64,000 nucleotides of DNA, from positions 174,938 to 238,937 of the IMG/VR virus record IMGVR_UViG_3300030099_004448; one strand, 5' to 3'. Below, in pieces: positions 18,601 to 26,719 of the stretch. The translations under genes and the position numbers were made by a program. The notes below the pieces were generated by a model. It made no database searches and had not been told where the DNA came from. It saw nothing but the letters and a program-made list of their open reading frames with translations. The number at the start of each line of letters is the position of its first letter. The stretch's first letter is position 1.

Positions 18601-18629
18601 TTGACTATATAGAATATAGGAGTTATAAT
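18601..18629 (+). promoter_or_regulatory. near-consensus sigma70-type promoter
   Basis: TTGACT-17 nt-TATAAT. Confidence 0.8.
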
Positions 18630-18638
18630 ACTCCAGTA

Positions 18639-18870
18639 CGTTCATCCCACTTTCGGGTGGGACGCAAGTAAGTCGCGGAACGGAGCGTTCATCCCATGTT
18701 AGAACTACTTTTTTATTCTAGTATGACCTGCACTGATGCTGATGCATTAATGCTCAAAATCAAGGCACAACAACATCTTGAACCTAGAATTCAGATCGAA
18801 CTGGTCGAGACCATAAAGGAATCTGTACCACAGTGTGATTTCTACTGGGACGCAAACGACTAAAGGAACG
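18639..18870 (+). ncRNA. tandem glutamine riboswitch-like RNA (glnA/Downstream-peptide family)
   Basis: Two copies of CGTTCATCCCA...TGGGACGCAA...GGAACGG; begins about 10 nt after -10 box; precedes YRG-motif peptide. Confidence 0.75.
18696..18863 (+). CDS. 55-aa ORF nested in riboswitch P2 (MLELLFYSSMTC...CDFYWDAND), not in ORF track
   Basis: GGAG upstream; open frame ATG 18696 to TAA 18861-18863. Confidence 0.65.
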   Translation: MLELLFYSSMTCTDADALMLKIKAQQHLEPRIQIELVETIKESVPQCDFYWDAND

Positions 18871-18903
18871 GGCCTTAAAATCCAATTACTTTAGGAAACG
18901 ACA

Positions 18904-19071
18904 ATGAACACACTAAATCTCATCAAAAAGCAAATCGAGAAAGCAGCTGCTCTCCATAATGCACAGATTACTCATACCTCATATCGTGGTGTTGAGTATG
19001 ATACACGTTGTGTAGAGTCCAAGGAGTCTCACGGCACCTTCTGTTATCGTGGTCACACTTATAAGAAGTGA
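18904..19071 (+). CDS. DUF4278-like YRG-repeat peptide (55 aa), not in ORF track
   Basis: SYRGVEY and CYRGHTY motifs; AGGA RBS. Confidence 0.75.
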   Translation: MNTLNLIKKQIEKAAALHNAQITHTSYRGVEYDTRCVESKESHGTFCYRGHTYKK

Positions 19072-19078
19072 GGCAATT

Positions 19079-19174
19079 ATGCAAGCAATTCAAGTAGCAT
19101 CATTAGGCTCTATTTTAAGCATTGCATTTCTTGGTTTACTTTATGGGGAACTCACACTTTTATATAAGAGGTGA
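19079..19174 (+). CDS. 31-aa hydrophobic peptide, not in ORF track
   Basis: GAGG RBS; MQAIQVASLGSILSIAFLGLLYGELTLLYKR. Confidence 0.6.
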   Translation: MQAIQVASLGSILSIAFLGLLYGELTLLYKR

Positions 19175-19177
19175 GAT

Positions 19178-19342
19178 ATGTTGAAGATCAGTTTACATTA
19201 TGATCTTCCAACATATGACCCCCAAAAACACGATCCAGATGAAACATTCGCGTTTTTGACGTATCGTGGAGTACATTATGCTAAGAGGGTTAATTTAAAA
19301 TCCCTTAGCATTCCAAGTTGGAAAGTATTCAAGAGAGGGTAA
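19178..19342 (+). CDS. second YRG-motif peptide (54 aa), not in ORF track
   Basis: GAGGTG RBS; LTYRGVHY motif. Confidence 0.65.
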   Translation: MLKISLHYDLPTYDPQKHDPDETFAFLTYRGVHYAKRVNLKSLSIPSWKVFKRG

Positions 19343-19360
19343 AGAACCCTCTCTTTTTTT
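19331..19360 (+). terminator. intrinsic terminator
   Basis: AAGAGAGGGT-AAAGA-ACCCTCTCTT followed by T tract. Confidence 0.85.
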
Positions 19361-19506
19361 GTATTTTTGTATCAAAGACAACAAACTTAGTAAATTTGTG
19401 TGTAAACCGTAACATTTTTGCTATATAATGATAGAATTAAGGATGGAGAGATGAACTGAAATTTATTCTTTTCGCTATGGTATAAAAACTAAATTGGAGG
19501 TGGAAA

Positions 19507-19683
19507 ATGCACAATTTATTATCCCGTGCTCAACTTGATGAGTGGAGACATTTAGAACGCACCATCGATGATTTAGAATATGAAGAACAAAGAATCAGTG
19601 ACTACTACGAGTGTTTGATCGAGTGCGATGTACTAAACCAAACGGAGTGTAAACGAGTATGCAGAAAAATCCTTGATCCATGA
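19507..19683 (+). CDS. small Cys-containing protein (58 aa), not in ORF track
   Basis: GGAGGT RBS; DYYECLIEC...CKRVCR. Confidence 0.72.
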   Translation: MHNLLSRAQLDEWRHLERTIDDLEYEEQRISDYYECLIECDVLNQTECKRVCRKILDP

Positions 19684-19706
19684 GTTTTGTCCAAGAGATC
19701 GTCCTC

Positions 19707-19734
19707 AGGAGGTTGGTGACAACCTCCTTTTTTT
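19707..19734 (+). terminator. intrinsic terminator
   Basis: AGGAGGTTG-GTGA-CAACCTCCT plus T tract. Confidence 0.85.
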
Positions 19735-19764
19735 GTGTTAAAATAAATAGGAACAAGGTTTTTT

Positions 19765-19923
19765 ATGCAAAAAGAAAAACTAAAATTAATCGTCCGAAAT
19801 CTTAAGTCACTGGTTGACCTCTTGGAGTCTGAAGTCTATTCCGATCCAGACGCTTATGTGGTAAAATCAAAGACAAACACCTATACAACTAGTGACAACG
19901 ATGACGACGGATACCCAGACTAA
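19765..19923 (+). CDS. small hypothetical protein (52 aa), not in ORF track
   Basis: MQKEKLKLIVRNLKSLVDLLESEVYSD...DDDGYPD; late promoter at 19743. Confidence 0.7.
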   Translation: MQKEKLKLIVRNLKSLVDLLESEVYSDPDAYVVKSKTNTYTTSDNDDDGYPD

Positions 19924-19930
19924 AGATTCT

Positions 19931-20593
19931 ATGACAAACCAAATCAAACTTATCGCCCTAACTCAAGGTGCAGGTGAACTTCTTGAGAAAACGGCGCAGG
20001 AAGTTATTTCGTATGTCGCTCGTGTGAGCAATCCAAACAATCAATTAAACTTTGATACTTCTGCAGGTCTCCTCAAGTATTGTATCAAACACGAACACTG
20101 GTCGATCTTTGAACAGGCCTATATGACTCTGGAGATCAATACGACCAGAGCTATCGCGGCTCAAATTTTGCGCCATCGCTCATTTACATATCAAGAGTTT
20201 TCCCAGCGTTATGCTGCGTCTACTTCTCTTGACCCAATCAAGATGCCCGAGTTCCGTCGTCAAGATACTAAGAATCGTCAGAACAGTATTGATGATATGG
20301 ACGAATTTGAGATTCAAAGACTGCAACTGCAGACACAAACTCTATTCGACTCCGCAACTGCACTGTATCAACAGATGTTAGATCGTGGCGTTGCAAAGGA
20401 GTGTGCTCGAAATATTTTGCCCTTGGCCACGCCAACAAGAATTTACATGACGGGATCATGCCGTTCATGGATTCATTATATCAATCTGAGATCTGCTAAC
20501 GGTACGCAGAAAGAACACATGCAGATTGCAGAGGGATGTCGTGAGATTTTTGTCGAACAATTCCCAGAGATTGCAGCTGCTTTAGAGTGGTAA
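19931..20593 (+). CDS. thyX: FAD-dependent thymidylate synthase
   Basis: H.SIFE, RAIAAQILRHRSFTYQEFSQRY (RHRx7S), KECAR..LP, Q.EH. Confidence 0.95.
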   Translation: MTNQIKLIALTQGAGELLEKTAQEVISYVARVSNPNNQLNFDTSAGLLKYCIKHEHWSIFEQAYMTLEINTTRAIAAQILRHRSFTYQEFSQRYAASTSLDPIKMPEFRRQDTKNRQNSIDDMDEFEIQRLQLQTQTLFDSATALYQQMLDRGVAKECARNILPLATPTRIYMTGSCRSWIHYINLRSANGTQKEHMQIAEGCREIFVEQFPEIAAALEW

Positions 20594-20618
20594 TATATAA
20601 GATAGTCTAGGAGATTCC

Positions 20619-20789
20619 ATGGCTTATTACCACGTTGCCGAGTACAATGCAGCATGTCAATTAATTGAATTCAAAGAAGGTAAATGGGTAGTTGAGTTCA
20701 CCAAACCAAGTGGAGAAGTCGTAGTAGAAATGATCGATGACGATAAAATTAGTTCTTTGAATTGTTACGGACAGGAGAGTAGTTATTAA
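20619..20789 (+). CDS. small hypothetical protein (56 aa), not in ORF track
   Basis: AGGAG RBS; read manually. Confidence 0.6.
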   Translation: MAYYHVAEYNAACQLIEFKEGKWVVEFTKPSGEVVVEMIDDDKISSLNCYGQESSY

Positions 20790-20791
20790 CA

Positions 20792-21691
20792 ATGTCAGTT
20801 TCTGTTATTTGTGCGTGTAGGGATAGAATCAAACCTTTGACGATATCCCTTTCTTCTTGGTTATTGTTTGATCAGATTAAAGAGATAATCATCGTTGACT
20901 GGTCTTCTAAAGAGGAGATCGGTCACTTGACAAAACTAGATGACAGGATCAAGGTGATTCGGGTCAATGATGAAGAGTTCTTCAATCAACCCCAACCCTT
21001 GAATCTTGCTGCGTCTATGGCTACAGGAGAGTTTATCCTGAAGTTTGATGCTGACCATATTCTGAACCCTTACTACAATTTCTTTCATGTCAACGGTATC
21101 TTTGACGAGGAATCGTTTGTAAGTGGTGTGAACGACAAGGTGGGGGATGAGTGTCTCCATCCTATCTGGGGACTCTTGTACGTCCGCCGAGAGCACTTTG
21201 AGAAGGTCGGTGGCTACAATGAGAAGATGGGTAAGTACTATGCGGTAGAAGATGATGAAATCTCCATCAGACTCCAGGCCGCGGGTTATACGTGTTGCCC
21301 TATCGATATGCGTGTTCTGAGTGCAATCCACATCCCACATAATGATGAGGTCAGAATCTCTAACTTTGAGGGATATGCAAAGGATCGTGAGTTCCTGGAT
21401 GTCTTTGAGAAACAGACTGGACAGTGGTACAAAGATCGCATTGATGAAGTGATCGCCCCTGGTATTATGGGTATCCTCAACAGCAAAGAACTGAAGAAGA
21501 CCAAGTTCAAGTATCTGACTGAACAACACAAAGAGAAGAACATGGAAATCTTCGGTCTCAAAGAATATATCGACAAGTCTCGATATGACTATGGTGGTAT
21601 TGACTTTGACCAACCAAACTTCAGGTTGTATGACTGGAAGACTAAAGAAGTAGAACCTAATTACTTTATTGCTACGAAGAAAAAGAAATGA
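20792..21691 (+). CDS. glycosyltransferase GT2/GT7C-like (paralogue 1)
   Basis: VSVI, IIVDWSS, DAD, GGYNE...Y..EDD..RL. Confidence 0.83.
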   Translation: MSVSVICACRDRIKPLTISLSSWLLFDQIKEIIIVDWSSKEEIGHLTKLDDRIKVIRVNDEEFFNQPQPLNLAASMATGEFILKFDADHILNPYYNFFHVNGIFDEESFVSGVNDKVGDECLHPIWGLLYVRREHFEKVGGYNEKMGKYYAVEDDEISIRLQAAGYTCCPIDMRVLSAIHIPHNDEVRISNFEGYAKDREFLDVFEKQTGQWYKDRIDEVIAPGIMGILNSKELKKTKFKYLTEQHKEKNMEIFGLKEYIDKSRYDYGGIDFDQPNFRLYDWKTKEVEPNYFIATKKKK

Positions 21692-22491
21692 GTGTATCGG
21701 TGATATCTGCCTGTATGAACAGGGTGGATCCGTTATCCATTTCTATTCAATCGTGGGCAATGAATGACCAGATTGATGAAATTGTTTTTGTTGACTGGTC
21801 ATCAGAAAAATCCTCGGAACATCTCACTAAGATCAGTCCAAAGATCAAACGTGTATATGTTCCTGATCAAAAATACTTTAATCAACCTCAACCACTGAAT
21901 CTTGCATTTAAGATTTCAAGTGGCGATCAAATCTTGAAACTGGATTCGGATACAATCCTCAATCCATACTTCAATTTCTTTGATGAATTTAGTGTTGATG
22001 AGTTTAGTTTCGCCTCTGGTTTGTATTCCCCAGGACACAAGTGTTTGCGTCCAATCTGGGGAACTATTTTTGTCAATAGAGAAAACTATGCAAAAGTCGG
22101 TGGATATAATGAAGCAATGGGAGAGTTTGTTGCTTGGGAAGATGATGAGATTGTAAATCGTTTCTTGCTCTCAGGACTAGAACATCGTAGAATCCAAGCG
22201 TCGAAGAATACTATCTTCGCCATGCCCCATGACAATAAGAAGAGAATCGAGAACTTCAAAGCTTATAATGAAAACAAAGAAATTGAAAAGAAGGTAAGAA
22301 CTCTTATGGAAAAGAAGGGGTATGATATTGAAGATAATATCGACTATGCAATTCTTTCTCACCACACAATTCTGAATAACAAGAAATATAAACGATATAA
22401 AGGTGACAGTTATTATGCGGAACCAGTTGTAGACTGGGACGTAACACAAGTTGATGAACAGAACTATGTTTGTCAAAAAATCATCCACTAA
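21688..22491 (+). CDS. glycosyltransferase GT2/GT7C-like (paralogue 2)
   Basis: VFVDWSS, FNQPQPLNLA, DSD, GGYNE...WEDD. Confidence 0.83.
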   Translation: MSVSVISACMNRVDPLSISIQSWAMNDQIDEIVFVDWSSEKSSEHLTKISPKIKRVYVPDQKYFNQPQPLNLAFKISSGDQILKLDSDTILNPYFNFFDEFSVDEFSFASGLYSPGHKCLRPIWGTIFVNRENYAKVGGYNEAMGEFVAWEDDEIVNRFLLSGLEHRRIQASKNTIFAMPHDNKKRIENFKAYNENKEIEKKVRTLMEKKGYDIEDNIDYAILSHHTILNNKKYKRYKGDSYYAEPVVDWDVTQVDEQNYVCQKIIH

Positions 22492-22516
22492 ATAATTTTG
22501 TAGTCTGACATTTATC

Positions 22517-22759
22517 ATGCCCACATATCCTGTAAAGAATTTGAAAACTGGTGAAGAACAAGAATTGAATATGTCCATCGCGGACTACGATCAATGGAGA
22601 AAAGACAACCCCGACTGGGATAAAGACTGGTCGAAAGGTTGTGCTGCCGCCCAAGAAGTTGGGGATTGGCAGAATAAACTGATCTCCAGAAACCCAGGGT
22701 GGAACGATGTCTTGAAAAAGGCAGGTAAAGCCCCTGGATCTCGTGTAAAACCCTTCTAA
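22517..22759 (+). CDS. T4-like cyanophage hypothetical protein (FmdB-like N-terminus)
   Basis: MPTYPV.N..TGE; typical position upstream of phoH. Confidence 0.75.
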   Translation: MPTYPVKNLKTGEEQELNMSIADYDQWRKDNPDWDKDWSKGCAAAQEVGDWQNKLISRNPGWNDVLKKAGKAPGSRVKPF

Positions 22760-22769
22760 CCAACAACGT

Positions 22770-23528
22770 ATGCCCAGATCAAAGAAGTCCAACGGCGGAA
22801 ACATTGGTGTTGGCATGAGTGCCAAACAAATGAGACGTAAGAAACCCATCAATACCGATTTGATGGTTGATATTAATCCTCTAACAGACAATCAGAAAAA
22901 ATTCTTTGATGAGTATAAGAGTGGTAAGAACATGTTCGCTTACGGTGCTGCAGGTACTGGTAAGACTTTTATTGCCCTGTATCACGCACTGAGAGATGTT
23001 CTTGATTCTGAGACTCCATATGACAAAGTTTACATTGTAAGATCTCTGGTATCCACGCGAGAGATTGGTTTCCTTCCTGGAGACCACGAAGACAAAGCCG
23101 CACTTTACCAAATTCCATATAAGAATATGGTGAAGTATATGTTTGAACTTGCTTCAGACTCAGACTTTGAGATGCTCTATGGTAACCTCAAAGCACAAGA
23201 AACTATTTCATTCTGGTCCACAAGTTTCATCCGTGGTACTACTCTAGACAGAGCAGTAGTTGTTGTTGATGAAATGCAAAACTTGAACTTCCATGAATTA
23301 GATAGTATAATTACAAGGATTGGTGAAGATAGTAAGATTGTATTCTGTGGTGATGCTACCCAGACCGACCTTACTCGATCCAATGAAAAAAATGGTATCC
23401 TTGATTTCATGAAAATTATTCGTGCAATGGAATACGATTTTTCAACTGTAGAATTCGGAACCGAGGACATTGTACGTTCTGGTCTTGTTAAAAACTACAT
23501 TGTCACTAAACTAGCAATGGGTATGTAA
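22770..23528 (+). CDS. phoH: PhoH-like ATPase
   Basis: GAAGTGKT, IGFLPG, FIRGTT, DEMQN, CGD..QTDL, DIVRSGLV. Confidence 0.95.
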   Translation: MPRSKKSNGGNIGVGMSAKQMRRKKPINTDLMVDINPLTDNQKKFFDEYKSGKNMFAYGAAGTGKTFIALYHALRDVLDSETPYDKVYIVRSLVSTREIGFLPGDHEDKAALYQIPYKNMVKYMFELASDSDFEMLYGNLKAQETISFWSTSFIRGTTLDRAVVVVDEMQNLNFHELDSIITRIGEDSKIVFCGDATQTDLTRSNEKNGILDFMKIIRAMEYDFSTVEFGTEDIVRSGLVKNYIVTKLAMGM

Positions 23529-24211
23529 TGTTTGAACATCTTGATTATTTGAAAGATGAAGTTGATTTAGAAGCACAGAATATCGAAGGGACTCGTTTTT
23601 ATCGGGTCCCTTCTGGTAAGTTGTATCCTTCAATCACCTCTATTACCAGTTTCTATGGACGCCAGAAGTTTATCGACTGGCGTAAGAAAGTTGGTAATGA
23701 AGAGGCAGACAGAATTACTCGGATTTCTACTGCTCGTGGAACTAAGTTTCATGATCTGGTAGAACAGTATATGTTGAACAATAACGTAGACGATTTCAAA
23801 CCTCTACCAACTACAAAGTTTCTTTTTCTCAAGGCTAAACCTTTTCTAGACCGTATAAATAATATACACGCTTTAGAAAAATCACTGTACAGTGATTACC
23901 TTGGACTTGCGGGTCGCGTTGATTGCATCGCGGAGTACGAAGGAGAACTCGCAGTCATTGACTTTAAGACATCTAAGAAGATCAAACCAGAAGAATGGAT
24001 TGAGAACTACTTTGTTCAAGAAGTAGCCTACGCTTGCATGTATTATGAAATGACTGGAATTGCAGTTGAAAAATTGATTACCATTATGGTAGCTGATAAT
24101 GGAGAATGTCACGTCTATGAAAAACGCAACAAAAGTCACTATATTAAACTTCTTACCAAGTACATCAGAGAGTTCGTCGAACACCACACCGAATCTTATG
24201 CCAAACACTGA
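23528..24211 (+). CDS. PD-(D/E)XK exonuclease (Cas4-like phage exonuclease)
   Basis: YPSITS, RGT..H, AGRVDC, IDFKTS, YF.Q..AY. Confidence 0.88.
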   Translation: MFEHLDYLKDEVDLEAQNIEGTRFYRVPSGKLYPSITSITSFYGRQKFIDWRKKVGNEEADRITRISTARGTKFHDLVEQYMLNNNVDDFKPLPTTKFLFLKAKPFLDRINNIHALEKSLYSDYLGLAGRVDCIAEYEGELAVIDFKTSKKIKPEEWIENYFVQEVAYACMYYEMTGIAVEKLITIMVADNGECHVYEKRNKSHYIKLLTKYIREFVEHHTESYAKH

Positions 24212-24458
24212 AAAGGTAGACTCACTAATAAAAGAAAAGTTTCTTTGTCAGTCAAAGTTTGCACAAGACATCGAGTATCTCGTCGCGACCTCTAAGATTA
24301 ACTATATCGAAGCAATCGTAACTTATTGCGAAGAAAACGGTATTGAGTTTGAATCTGTGTCTAAATTAATTTCTAAACCTCTAAAGGAAAAACTTAAGTG
24401 TGAAGCGACTCAACTTAACTTCCTCAAAAAAACCAGTCGTGCTAAATTGATGTTTTAA
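24198..24458 (+). CDS. gp33: late-promoter transcription coactivator gp33
   Basis: YIEAI..YCEEN.IE.ESV.KLISKPLKEKL..EA..LNF; synteny. Confidence 0.88.
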   Translation: MPNTEKVDSLIKEKFLCQSKFAQDIEYLVATSKINYIEAIVTYCEENGIEFESVSKLISKPLKEKLKCEATQLNFLKKTSRAKLMF

Positions 24459-25051
24459 TGATGACACCGCTAGATGTTTACAAGACATACCTAGCATTCA
24501 AAAATCATTTCACCAAGAAAAACTACGACTACTTTCAATATTGTGGGAAGTCTCGCGCATCGAAGGAGGCTTTCCACAAGAGAAAGGATCGGTATTTCTT
24601 TGAACGTATGTCACGAAAGAAGAGTGACGACGAAATCAAACAGTATTTTCTCGCCAACTTTGTTGAATGTAGTGATCCCAGTAAACTGTGGATCGGTGAA
24701 ATTATTGAATCGGGTGAGTCTAATTACCAGAATTGGTTAAAGAGATCTCAGAGTCTCACATATCTGTTTAAGACTGAAGTAGAAGTCTTTATCAACAAAA
24801 AGAATTTTGAACAACTATTCAAAGTAGAAGGAACAAATCATCCAGACATCCTAAAGAAGCATTTGCAAGGTGCAATCTCTATAGAGACAATGGTAATCCT
24901 CAATTTGATATTAGGATTTGTGCCTAACTTTGACAAAAAACTAATCGATCCTGTTTGGGAAACCACCAGTCTACGACTCAAAAAATATCAGGCTTTCCTA
25001 AATAATGACAGCAGCAAATACAAAAAAATCTTAAAAGAAATAGTACTATGA
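24458..25051 (+). CDS. gp59: helicase loader gp59
   Basis: Y..YLA.K.HF....YDYF.Y.GK, KRKDRYFFE; between gp33 and gp32. Confidence 0.9.
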   Translation: MMTPLDVYKTYLAFKNHFTKKNYDYFQYCGKSRASKEAFHKRKDRYFFERMSRKKSDDEIKQYFLANFVECSDPSKLWIGEIIESGESNYQNWLKRSQSLTYLFKTEVEVFINKKNFEQLFKVEGTNHPDILKKHLQGAISIETMVILNLILGFVPNFDKKLIDPVWETTSLRLKKYQAFLNNDSSKYKKILKEIVL

Positions 25052-25380
25052 GTGGATTCTTCGATTCAGAAATCGTAAAAGAACAAATCAAAGAAATGGA
25101 AGATCTCCAACAGGAGATCATTGAAAGAACAATGTCTGCTCCATTTATGGATGGACCTGAAAAGAAGGAACATGTTGACCTGATGAGACAGTTCCTAGAT
25201 AAACAAAAGAACCTGTGTTTCAGAATTCAACTCTCCCAAGATCCACAAGCATTGGAAATGAAAGAAAGGATCAAAGAAGCTGCTGTCATGTTGGGAATGA
25301 ATCCCGAAAGTGGTATCAATGAATTCTTTGAGAAAATGGACGAGACACTAGATTACTTAGAAGAAATTACAGACGAGTAA
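25048..25380 (+). CDS. DUF1825-like protein
   Basis: FFDSEIV, KQ....R..LS.DP.A..MK. Confidence 0.7.
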   Translation: MSGFFDSEIVKEQIKEMEDLQQEIIERTMSAPFMDGPEKKEHVDLMRQFLDKQKNLCFRIQLSQDPQALEMKERIKEAAVMLGMNPESGINEFFEKMDETLDYLEEITDE

Positions 25381-25381
25381 A

Positions 25382-25651
25382 ATGAGTTACCAATACACAA
25401 TCGATTCTAGATATTGTTATCACAACGGTGAGATTGTGGATATGTTTTTTATAAACGGTATACCATTTACATTCGATGATCTTCCTAAAATCATGCAGGA
25501 TGATCCATACATTCAAATAGAAGCAAAGGACCATCAAACATATACAATAGAAGATATGTATCGGTGGTCTTCCTACCTGATCATGGAGGAGTGCCATCCA
25601 CTCCTGTTTGAGTTAGACTTGAAGAATCCTGAGGAACTTCCCAGGAATTAA
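25382..25651 (+). CDS. hypothetical protein
   Basis: 89 aa; FING.PFTFD motif. Confidence 0.72.
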   Translation: MSYQYTIDSRYCYHNGEIVDMFFINGIPFTFDDLPKIMQDDPYIQIEAKDHQTYTIEDMYRWSSYLIMEECHPLLFELDLKNPEELPRN

Positions 25652-25661
25652 AAACCAGGGC

Positions 25662-25690
25662 TTGACATCCCTTCTTGCGACCTGTAAGAT
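25662..25690 (+). promoter_or_regulatory. sigma70-type promoter for gp32
   Basis: TTGACA-17 nt-TAAGAT; leader has AATAC repeats then GGAG RBS. Confidence 0.7.
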
Positions 25691-25734
25691 AAAGTCGTCC
25701 CAAAAGCCAAATACACACAATACGGAGCTACAAC

Positions 25735-26685
25735 ATGTCTTTTGCTGATCTCAAGAAACAGTCCCGCGCTGGTTCGCTGACTGATAAACTGATCAAGAAA
25801 GTCGAAAAACTTAATAGTGGAGAGTCCAACGGTGACGACCGTCTCTGGAAACCTGAAGTCGATAAGGCAGGTAACGGTTACGCCGTGATCCGATTCCTTC
25901 CCGCACCTGAAGGGTGCGAACTTCCCTGGGCCCAAGTTTGGAGTCATGCCTTCCAAGGTCCTGGTGGTTGGTACATCGAGAACTCTCTGACTACTCTGGG
26001 ACAGAAAGACCCTGTGTCTGAACACAATCGTACCCTGTGGAACAGTGGTCGCGATTCTGATAAAGAGATTGCACGTAAACAGAAACGTAAACTGTCTCAC
26101 TACGCAAACATCTATGTGGTGAAGGATCCCACCAACCCTCACAACGAAGGTAAGGTGTTCCTCTATAAGTTCGGTAAGAAGATCTTTGATAAGATCACCG
26201 AAGCAATGCAACCTCAGTTTGCTGATGAGGAAGCAATCAATCCCTTTGACTTCTGGAGTGGTGCAAACTTCAAACTGAAGATCCGCAAGGTCGAAGGTTA
26301 CTGGAATTATGATAAGTCTGAGTTTGATAGTCCTAGTGTTCTTCTGGATGATGATGACAAACTGGAGTCCATCTACAAGAACCTGAATGATCTGAATGAG
26401 TTCACCGATCTCAAGAACTTCAAGTCCTATGAAGATCTGAAGAAGCGTCTTGACTATGTTCTTGGTCACAAAGGTACTCCTAAGTTCCAAGATCAGGAGA
26501 CCGTTGAAGAAGATGCACAGTGGGAACGTGAACGTAAGGGTGACTTCTCTGAGTCCAAGTCCTACAATGCACCCGCTGCAAGTGGTGGTTTCAATGACTC
26601 GGATATCACGCCACAAGCGTCTACAGAGACAACTGAAGAAGAAGACGATGCACTGAGTTACTTCCAGAAACTCGCAGAGTCCTGA
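25735..26685 (+). CDS. gp32: single-stranded DNA-binding protein gp32
   Basis: DDRLWKP..DK.GNGYAVIRFLP, H.FQGPGGWYIENS, GKKIFDKI, acidic tail YF.KLAE. Confidence 0.97.
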   Translation: MSFADLKKQSRAGSLTDKLIKKVEKLNSGESNGDDRLWKPEVDKAGNGYAVIRFLPAPEGCELPWAQVWSHAFQGPGGWYIENSLTTLGQKDPVSEHNRTLWNSGRDSDKEIARKQKRKLSHYANIYVVKDPTNPHNEGKVFLYKFGKKIFDKITEAMQPQFADEEAINPFDFWSGANFKLKIRKVEGYWNYDKSEFDSPSVLLDDDDKLESIYKNLNDLNEFTDLKNFKSYEDLKKRLDYVLGHKGTPKFQDQETVEEDAQWERERKGDFSESKSYNAPAASGGFNDSDITPQASTETTEEEDDALSYFQKLAES

Positions 26686-26691
26686 TACTAG

Positions 26692-26719
26692 AAAGGAGGG
26701 TTAATACCCTCCTTTTTTT
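26692..26719. terminator. terminator between convergent gp32 and gp53
   Basis: AAAGGAGGGT-TAAT-ACCCTCCTTT plus T tract. Confidence 0.85.

Noticed and set aside
19507-19683. Possible second CP12
   Set aside because: Cys spacing differs and the C-terminal CP12 motif is absent
19931-20593. Intron or intein in thyX (also checked phoH and gp32)
   Set aside because: All are uninterrupted and of normal length
20936-21613. 225-aa antisense ORF over the first GT2
   Set aside because: Explained by C/G-ending codon bias of the sense gene
23528-24211. Cas4-like nuclease as a sign of a CRISPR system
   Set aside because: Standard phoH-adjacent phage exonuclease; no repeat-spacer array or other cas genes seen in the window
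25648-26616. 322-aa antisense ORF over gp32
   Set aside because: Mirror-frame shadow of a gene with strong codon bias; no motifs or RBS
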